From positions 73,060-137,059 of the forward strand of contig JAYWHT010000044.1 of assembly GCA_043777595.1 (NCBI GenBank): a stretch of 64,000 bases of DNA. Reading direction: 5' to 3'. The first letter of the stretch is position 1, and the number at the start of each line of letters is the position of its first letter. Made by a program: the position numbers and the translations under genes. The notes beneath the pieces are model-generated. The model did not search any database. It was not told the DNA's origin and worked only from the letters and a program-made list of their open reading frames with translations. This stretch comes from Spirosomataceae bacterium. Lineage in GTDB: Bacteria > Bacteroidota > Bacteroidia > Cytophagales > Spirosomataceae. This document shows, piece by piece, positions 58,496 to 64,000 of this stretch.

Positions 58496-59116
58496 CTACG
58501 GGATTTGCATATATTTATGCGATTGAAGAGACATACGCCACCGTGGATTTTGCTTAATATAGTCAATAATGAGCGGCAGCATTTCCTCTATTTTGCTCCA
58601 CTCGGGTTGTAGTGCCAATATACAACTTGGTCCAACAAGGGCGGCGTGGGTTTCGGCAAACTCAAAGTCTGATTTGTTATAAATCACTACTTTGAGTTCG
58701 TTGGCCTGCACATAAATGCTTTGGTGTGGTTTCTTAAACTTTTTTGGTGAAAAGCATATCCAGTCCCACGACCCAGTAACTTCATACACGCCCGACGTTT
58801 CGATATTGGTTTCAAACTGCTCGCTCAATAACTCGTCTGTCAGTTCTGTCAGGTCGTACATTAGTGGCTCGCCACCTGTGATGACGGCCAAACGTGCGGG
58901 CTGTAAGATAGCATCGGCAACTATCTGGCTGACTGTCGTTTTGGGGTGTGCGTCGCCGTCCCACGATTCTTTTACATCGCACCAGTGGCAGCCTACATCG
59001 CAGCCGCCTAATCTGATAAAATAGGCCGCTCGCCCTGCATGATGCCCTTCGCCTTGCAGCGTATAAAAGGCTTCCATCAAGGGCAAAGGTTTAGAGCGTG
59101 AGATTGAGTTGTTCAT
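58496..59116 (-). CDS. queE: 7-carboxy-7-deazaguanine synthase
   Basis: 'FYTLQGEG' and the radical-SAM cluster 'GGCDVGCHWCD'. Confidence 0.92.
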   Translation of the reverse strand: MNNSISRSKPLPLMEAFYTLQGEGHHAGRAAYFIRLGGCDVGCHWCDVKESWDGDAHPKTTVSQIVADAILQPARLAVITGGEPLMYDLTELTDELLSEQFETNIETSGVYEVTGSWDWICFSPKKFKKPHQSIYVQANELKVVIYNKSDFEFAETHAALVGPSCILALQPEWSKIEEMLPLIIDYIKQNPRWRMSLQSHKYMQIP

Positions 59117-59136
59117 TTTGTTTTCTGATTAAGTTA

Positions 59137-62100
59137 CTACCCAATCACCACACAGTCGCCACTTGCCACCTCGTGTTCTACTTTTTTATATTTGACATCG
59201 GCCACTACTCTACCATCTCGGTACTGAACCGTTACTTTTTGGTTGCGGTCGGCTATTTTGATGGCTCGTACTGGTGCTTGCCGCTCGGTTGGCTGGCTGT
59301 GGCGTTCGTAGCCGCTTGGCCCTACCATTTCCAATTCTTCGTCGTTGCGGTTGGTTTGTAGCTTGGGCTGAGGCTCTGGGCGGCGGTTCGACTGTTGCGC
59401 TGGTTGTGGGGTAGTTTCGGGTAATTGCGCTTTCATCAAGAAGCCAATGGTATCAAAATTGACTTTGCTCATAAACCTTTTAAACAACTCTACTGCTTCA
59501 AATTTATAGACAAGTAGTGGGTCTTTTTGTTCGTAGGCGGCATTTTGTACCGACTGTTTGAGGTCGTCCATTTCTCGTAAATGTTCTTTCCATTCTTGGT
59601 CAATGAGTGCCAACACTACCGACTTTTCCATTTCTTTGACAACATCACGGCCATCGGTTTCTATGGCTCTTTTGAGATTGACAGCCACTTGGGTTTCTTT
59701 CATACCATCGCTAAACGGTACTACTATTTCTTCGACTGTTGCACCTCGCTCTGCCTGAATTTGCTTAAATACTCCCAAAGCCTGCTCGGCAATACGTTTA
59801 TTTTTGGCTACATATTGATTTTCTACAGCCACATACAAGCTCTGCGCTCGGTCGGCAGGTTTTAGTTTATTGTACTCAATTTCTTTATACGGTGGCTCAA
59901 TGCCGAAGTTGGTTAGTATAGCCAGTTCATGCTCGTCGAAGTTTCCATCGGTATTGTTTACAATTTCGGCACTTACGTCATACAGGTTGTCGGCAATATC
60001 GACAGCGATACGGTCGCCAAAGAGGGCGTTTTTGCGTCGTTTATAAATCGTCTCACGCTGAATGTTCATCACGTCGTCATATTCCAACAGTCGCTTGCGA
60101 GTGCCAAAGTTGTTTTCTTCCACTTTTTCTTGCGCTCGCTCTATCGACTTCGTAACCATCGAGTGCTGTATCACTTCGCCCTCTTCCAAGCCCATGCTGT
60201 CCATCACTTTGGCAATACGGTCAGAGCCAAACATACGCATCAGGCCGTCTTCGAGCGACACAAAAAACTGCGTACTGCCTGGGTCGCCCTGCCGGCCAGA
60301 CCGACCTCGTAGCTGCCTATCCACACGGCGGCTTTCGTGGCGTTCGGTACCAACTATTGCCAGTCCACCAGCCGCCTTAGACTCTGGCGTTAGTTTAATG
60401 TCCGTACCACGACCTGCCATGTTGGTTGCTATCGTAACAGTACCGGGTTTACCTGCTTCGGCCACTACTTCGGCTTCTTTTTGGTGTTGTTTGGCATTGA
60501 GTACCTGGTGTTGGATTTTCCGTAAACCCAACATACGGCTCAACAGTTCAGAGTTTTCGACCGATGTTGTACCTACCAGCACAGGGCGGCCAGCAGCTAC
60601 CAATTCGCCAATTTCATCAACAACGGCATTGTATTTTTCACGAACAGACCTAAACACTTTGTCTTCATGGTCTTTCCGAACTGCCGTCAGGTTGGTTGGA
60701 ATACTCACTACGTCCAATTTATAAATTTTCCAAAACTCACCAGCCTCCGTCTGTGCCGTACCCGTCATACCTGAGAGTTTGTGGTACATTCTAAAATAAT
60801 TTTGAAGCGTAACGGTAGCATACGTCTGCGTGGCATCTTCAACTTTTACGCTTTCTTTGGCTTCTACGGCTTGGTGCAGCCCATCAGACCAACGCCGACC
60901 GTCCATGATACGACCTGTTTGTTCATCTACAATCATCACCTTGCCGTTCATCAGCACATACTCGACGTCTCGCTCAAAGAGCGTATAAGCCTTCAATAAT
61001 TGCTGAACGGTATGCACCCGCTGCGACTTGATAGAAAAATCTCTGATGATGGCTTCTTTCTCAACCAACTTTTGCTGACTCGAAAGCTCTGTATCAGTAT
61101 CAACGGCATTGAGGGCGATTGAGAGTTCGGGCAAAATAAAAAAATTGGCATCTTCACTTTCGCCAGTGAGGTAGTCCAAGCCTTTTTCGGTTAGTTCTAC
61201 GCTGTTGTTTTTTTCTTCTATCGTAAAATACAAAGGAACATCGGCCTCGGGCATCAATTTTTGGTTTTCGGCCAAGTATATCTTCTCGGTTTCGTTCATG
61301 ATTGCTTTCATACCAGTTTCGCTCAAAAACTTAATGAGGGGCTTGTATTTGGGCAAACCTCTGTGCGCTCGGTACAAGGCCAGGCCGCCATTGTCTTTGT
61401 CGCCAGCGGCTATTTTCTTTTTGGCTTCGTTCAACAAATCTGTTACCAATCGCTTCTGCACATCAACGATACGAGCCACACGGGGTTTGAGTTCGACAAA
61501 ATCTTGCTCGTCGCCACGAGGCACTGGCCCACTGATAATGAGCGGAGTACGGGCATCGTCAATCAGTACCGAGTCCACCTCGTCCACCATGGCATAGTGG
61601 TGCTTGCGTTGCACAAGTTCGGCTGGCGTGTGTGCCATGTTGTCTCTGAGGTAGTCAAAGCCAAACTCATTATTTGTACCATAAGTAATATCAGCTAAGT
61701 ACGCTTTGCGACGAGCAAAAGTATTGGGTTGATGCCTATCGATACAATCTACTCTTAGACCGTGAAACTCAAAAATCGGCCCATTCCATTCGGCATCTCG
61801 GCGAGCCAAATAGTCGTTTACCGTTACAATATGCACGCCCTGCCCAGCCAATGCGTTCAAAAAAGCGGGTAGAGTGGCAACCAATGTTTTACCTTCGCCA
61901 GTAGCCATTTCCGAAATCTTGCCTTGATGCAATACCGACCCACCAATTAACTGTACGTCATAATGAACCATCGCCCATTTGAGCGGGTGGCCGGCCACGT
62001 CCCAAGTCGTGTTCCAGATGGCTTCGTTGCCATTTATTACAACGTATTTTTTTGTTTCTGCCAACTCACGGTCAATGTCACTTGCCGATACAGTCAATGA

Positions 62101-62490
62101 ATCGTTTTGTGTAAACCGCCGTGCCGTTTCTTTGACAATAGCAAAAGCTTTGGGCATAATTTCCAACAGCACCACTTCAAGCTGCTTGTCTCGGTCTGTG
62201 CCTAAGGTATCTATTTGCTTAAAAATAGCCTCTTTTACGTCCACATTCATATCTGGGCTTTCGTCCATTTGTTTGTGTAGAGATGCTATTTTATCGTCAA
62301 TACCTTGTAGTTGTTGGCCAATGTACGTTCTAAGGCTTGCAGACTCAGCACGAAGGCCATCGTTTGAGAGCGACCCTAACTTTGAGAACTCAGCCGCAAC
62401 TTGTGCTACTACGGGGCTAAGGTCTTTGAGGTCTCGTTCAGACTTTGTACCAAATAAACTTGTTATGCTTTTTGTGAGGAATTTTATCAT
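59137..62490 (-). CDS. secA: Preprotein translocase ATPase SecA
   Basis: Walker A 'MATGEGKTLVATLP', 'DEVDSVLIDDARTPLIISG' and 'TNMAGRGTDI'. Confidence 0.98.
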   Translation of the reverse strand: MIKFLTKSITSLFGTKSERDLKDLSPVVAQVAAEFSKLGSLSNDGLRAESASLRTYIGQQLQGIDDKIASLHKQMDESPDMNVDVKEAIFKQIDTLGTDRDKQLEVVLLEIMPKAFAIVKETARRFTQNDSLTVSASDIDRELAETKKYVVINGNEAIWNTTWDVAGHPLKWAMVHYDVQLIGGSVLHQGKISEMATGEGKTLVATLPAFLNALAGQGVHIVTVNDYLARRDAEWNGPIFEFHGLRVDCIDRHQPNTFARRKAYLADITYGTNNEFGFDYLRDNMAHTPAELVQRKHHYAMVDEVDSVLIDDARTPLIISGPVPRGDEQDFVELKPRVARIVDVQKRLVTDLLNEAKKKIAAGDKDNGGLALYRAHRGLPKYKPLIKFLSETGMKAIMNETEKIYLAENQKLMPEADVPLYFTIEEKNNSVELTEKGLDYLTGESEDANFFILPELSIALNAVDTDTELSSQQKLVEKEAIIRDFSIKSQRVHTVQQLLKAYTLFERDVEYVLMNGKVMIVDEQTGRIMDGRRWSDGLHQAVEAKESVKVEDATQTYATVTLQNYFRMYHKLSGMTGTAQTEAGEFWKIYKLDVVSIPTNLTAVRKDHEDKVFRSVREKYNAVVDEIGELVAAGRPVLVGTTSVENSELLSRMLGLRKIQHQVLNAKQHQKEAEVVAEAGKPGTVTIATNMAGRGTDIKLTPESKAAGGLAIVGTERHESRRVDRQLRGRSGRQGDPGSTQFFVSLEDGLMRMFGSDRIAKVMDSMGLEEGEVIQHSMVTKSIERAQEKVEENNFGTRKRLLEYDDVMNIQRETIYKRRKNALFGDRIAVDIADNLYDVSAEIVNNTDGNFDEHELAILTNFGIEPPYKEIEYNKLKPADRAQSLYVAVENQYVAKNKRIAEQALGVFKQIQAERGATVEEIVVPFSDGMKETQVAVNLKRAIETDGRDVVKEMEKSVVLALIDQEWKEHLREMDDLKQSVQNAAYEQKDPLLVYKFEAVELFKRFMSKVNFDTIGFLMKAQLPETTPQPAQQSNRRPEPQPKLQTNRNDEELEMVGPSGYERHSQPTERQAPVRAIKIADRNQKVTVQYRDGRVVADVKYKKVEHEVASGDCVVIG

Positions 62491-62506
62491 TGTTTATCTT
62501 ATAATT

Positions 62507-62761
62507 CTATTCGTAAACTTGTTTTCTATGACCGATTTTTAGAACAGTTATTCTAATTTCTCGGTCGTTAATATCATAAATTACTCTATAATCAGCAACT
62601 CGTATCCTATAACCAGTTACACCTTTTAGTTTTTTACAACCTACCGGTCTCGGATTAGTACCCAATTCTTCTATGGCTTCAATAATACTTTTACGGAAAC
62701 TCTGAGGTATTGTTTCGAGGACTTTGACAGCTTTTTTCTCAAATCGAATCGTATATTTCAT
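62507..62761 (-). CDS. RelE/ParE-family type II toxin
   Basis: 'MKYTIRFEKKAVKVLETIP...GYRIRVADYRVIYDINDREIRITVLKIGHRKQVY'. The ATG is at 62761; the track start at 62770 is a TTG. Confidence 0.85.
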   Translation of the reverse strand: MKYTIRFEKKAVKVLETIPQSFRKSIIEAIEELGTNPRPVGCKKLKGVTGYRIRVADYRVIYDINDREIRITVLKIGHRKQVYE

Positions 62762-62766
62762 ACAAA

Positions 62767-62973
62767 TCAAATGCTAAACTGAGCTTTTACTTCATCTAAA
62801 CTATAAAATGTGGCTTTCCCATCTTCTATTTTTTTTATGGCTTTTTTGTAGTCTTTAATATCCTCAACATCTTCTTTATCAAGCATTTCACTTCGCAGGT
62901 TAGTCCGTTTCAAAAACTCTTGAACAAAACTGAGTTCCGCCAGATTACGAGGCTTTATCAAAATGTTTTCCAT
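62767..62973 (-). CDS. Cognate small antitoxin (family not identified)
   Basis: 68 aa, acidic, ending 5 nt before the toxin ATG. The N-terminus is 'MENILIKPRNLAELSFVQEFLKR'. Confidence 0.65.
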   Translation of the reverse strand: MENILIKPRNLAELSFVQEFLKRTNLRSEMLDKEDVEDIKDYKKAIKKIEDGKATFYSLDEVKAQFSI

Positions 62974-63065
62974 TTTATTTTCAATTTTAATGCAAAGTTA
63001 GCCATTTGCCGCTAAGTATCAATAATCAAGCAAGATTATTAGTTACTGACAAACTGACAGAAACG

Positions 63066-63102
63066 CACGAGAGGCCGCCCAAAAATTGGACAGCCTCCCG
63101 TG
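63066..63102 (-). terminator. Possible terminator downstream of the sigma-factor gene
   Basis: 10-bp arms 'CACGAGAGGC' and 'GCCTCCCGTG' with one mismatch. A T-rich tract follows on both strands. Confidence 0.4.
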
Positions 63103-63136
63103 CATTTTTACTCATATTTTTTAGTACCGTCCTCTA

Positions 63137-63649
63137 TTATGCCAAATACGCATATACCGATAGCTGTACTTTTAATTCTTGACGTGCAATGTGAATACGG
63201 TTTTTGACAGTTCCAATCGGTATTCTTAGTTTGTCTGCTATTTCTTGGTACTTAAACCCTCTAAAATACATCATAAACGGGTCTCTGTAAGATTTATCCA
63301 ACGAATCGACTGCACCATTGATGTCTTCCATCACAAAGGCAGAGTAAGCATCGTTATCGGTGCTACTTTCAAAAGAATTGATGTAATGTAAGTTGTCGGT
63401 TGTATCAATAAATGTATTTTTGCGAATCATTCGCTGGTAATTCGTAATAAACGTATTTTTCATAATCGTGTAAAGCCACGCTTTGAGGTTTGTGCCTTCG
63501 GCGTATTTTTCACGATTCAGAAACGCTTTCATTAGCGTATCTTGTAACAAATCATTGGCATCTTCCGAGTCTTTCGTTAGACGCATTGCAAATGGTTTCA
63601 ACGATTTTGAAACTTTGGTCAAGTGCTGGTTAAATTCGTTTGCAGTCAT
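63137..63649 (-). CDS. Sigma-70 family (ECF-type) RNA polymerase sigma factor
   Basis: Region 2 'LLQDTLMKAF...WLYTIMKNTFIT' and region 4 'YQEIADKLRIPIGTVKNRIHIARQ'. The start is moved to ATG 63649. Confidence 0.85.
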   Translation of the reverse strand: MTANEFNQHLTKVSKSLKPFAMRLTKDSEDANDLLQDTLMKAFLNREKYAEGTNLKAWLYTIMKNTFITNYQRMIRKNTFIDTTDNLHYINSFESSTDNDAYSAFVMEDINGAVDSLDKSYRDPFMMYFRGFKYQEIADKLRIPIGTVKNRIHIARQELKVQLSVYAYLA

Positions 63650-63925
63650 TGTCGTATTGTCTTGAAATGTTTTGTTTAACTTTCGATGGTCAAATTTAAA
63701 CAAAATAATTTTATTCCACCAAATATTTTTTCAAAAAAAATAATAATTTGTAATTTTTGTAAGAAATAAAATCAACATACCAACCAAATAGATATATAAA
63801 TCATTGATTTTCAGCATTTTTATAAAAAAATCTAAACAAAGTGTGCGTTTATGTATGTTTAACTTATAATGATAATAAATAAACAAACACTCACCATAAT
63901 CACCTAATATTAAACAAAATATCAA

Positions 63926-64000
63926 ATGAAAACCTACTCTCTGCTACTACTGATTATAGTTTTGGGGGCTTGCCAAAACCGTTCCGAAAACCAAAAAGTG
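63926..64000 (+). CDS. Lipoprotein, N-terminal fragment (3' end outside window)
   Basis: 'MKTYSLLLLIIVLGAC', a signal peptide plus lipobox. Confidence 0.5.
   Translation, partial: MKTYSLLLLIIVLGACQNRSENQKV

Noticed and set aside
62365-62490. A possible unusual SecA C-terminus: it ends '...KVTVQYRDGRVVADVKYKKVEHEVASGDCVVIG' without the CxCx8C(H/C) zinc finger.
   Set aside because: From memory, many Bacteroidota SecA proteins end in a similar non-zinc-finger tail, so this is probably lineage-typical rather than novel. I could not verify that here.
59558-62542. Plus-strand ORFs of up to 220 aa (60062..60724, 61979..62542 and others) opposite secA.
   Set aside because: They are antisense to a highly conserved 1117-aa SecA ORF, are Ser/Arg/Pro-rich and low in complexity, and have no independent support.
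1-64000. A search for tRNA, rRNA, tmRNA, integrase, transposase, reverse transcriptase, cas genes or large ATPase/helicase defence genes.
   Set aside because: None was recognisable in any frame or intergenic region by eye. The accessory islets therefore cannot be explained as classical integrative elements or known multi-gene defence systems. A covariance-model scan (Infernal/Rfam, tRNAscan-SE) would be needed to exclude small RNAs formally.

Overview
A 64-kb chromosomal segment that looks like Bacteroidota, probably Cytophagia or Sphingobacteriia-like. The pointers are a PorP/SprF T9SS protein, a GLPGLI protein next to a CarboxypepD_reg-type TonB receptor, the DUF4271-HemD and DUF4296 genes, TAnnTTTG promoter boxes and the absence of Shine-Dalgarno sequences. 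Most of the window is housekeeping: gcvP, glgE, sucD, hemD, rsgA, purB, clpP, tadA, corA, mltG, mtgA, tsaC, mnmA, queE, secA, transporters and LPS/glycosyltransferase genes. I found no rRNA, tRNA, CRISPR array, integrase or transposase. Several small AT-rich accessory islets interrupt the housekeeping backbone. (1) 3.7-6.3 kb holds a restriction-endonuclease-like ORF and a T5orf172/GIY-YIG-like ORF that abuts a DNA methyltransferase lacking its catalytic N-terminus. (2) 47.97-49.91 kb holds a decayed C-protein/REase/Dam-like-MTase cassette bracketed by 86-bp direct repeats. (3) About 35.1-35.7 kb holds a GxxExxY (PD-(D/E)XK) pseudogene embedded in palindromic repeats, inserted inside a Gfo/Idh/MocA - DUF1080 - TIM-barrel sugar cluster. 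(4) Two diverged paralogues of a solitary PD-(D/E)XK-like protein sit at 23.6 kb and 57.6 kb. (5) 25.8-26.5 kb holds a translationally coupled small protein plus retropepsin-like aspartic protease pair. (6) A RelE/ParE toxin-antitoxin pair sits at 62.5-63.0 kb, and a related frameshifted orphan antitoxin at 23.2-23.5 kb. All functional calls rest on motif recognition by eye; no database search was run. The strongest candidate for something undescribed is the nuclease + T5orf172 pair at 4.7-6.1 kb that has no functional methylase. The GxxExxY/palindrome association is second.
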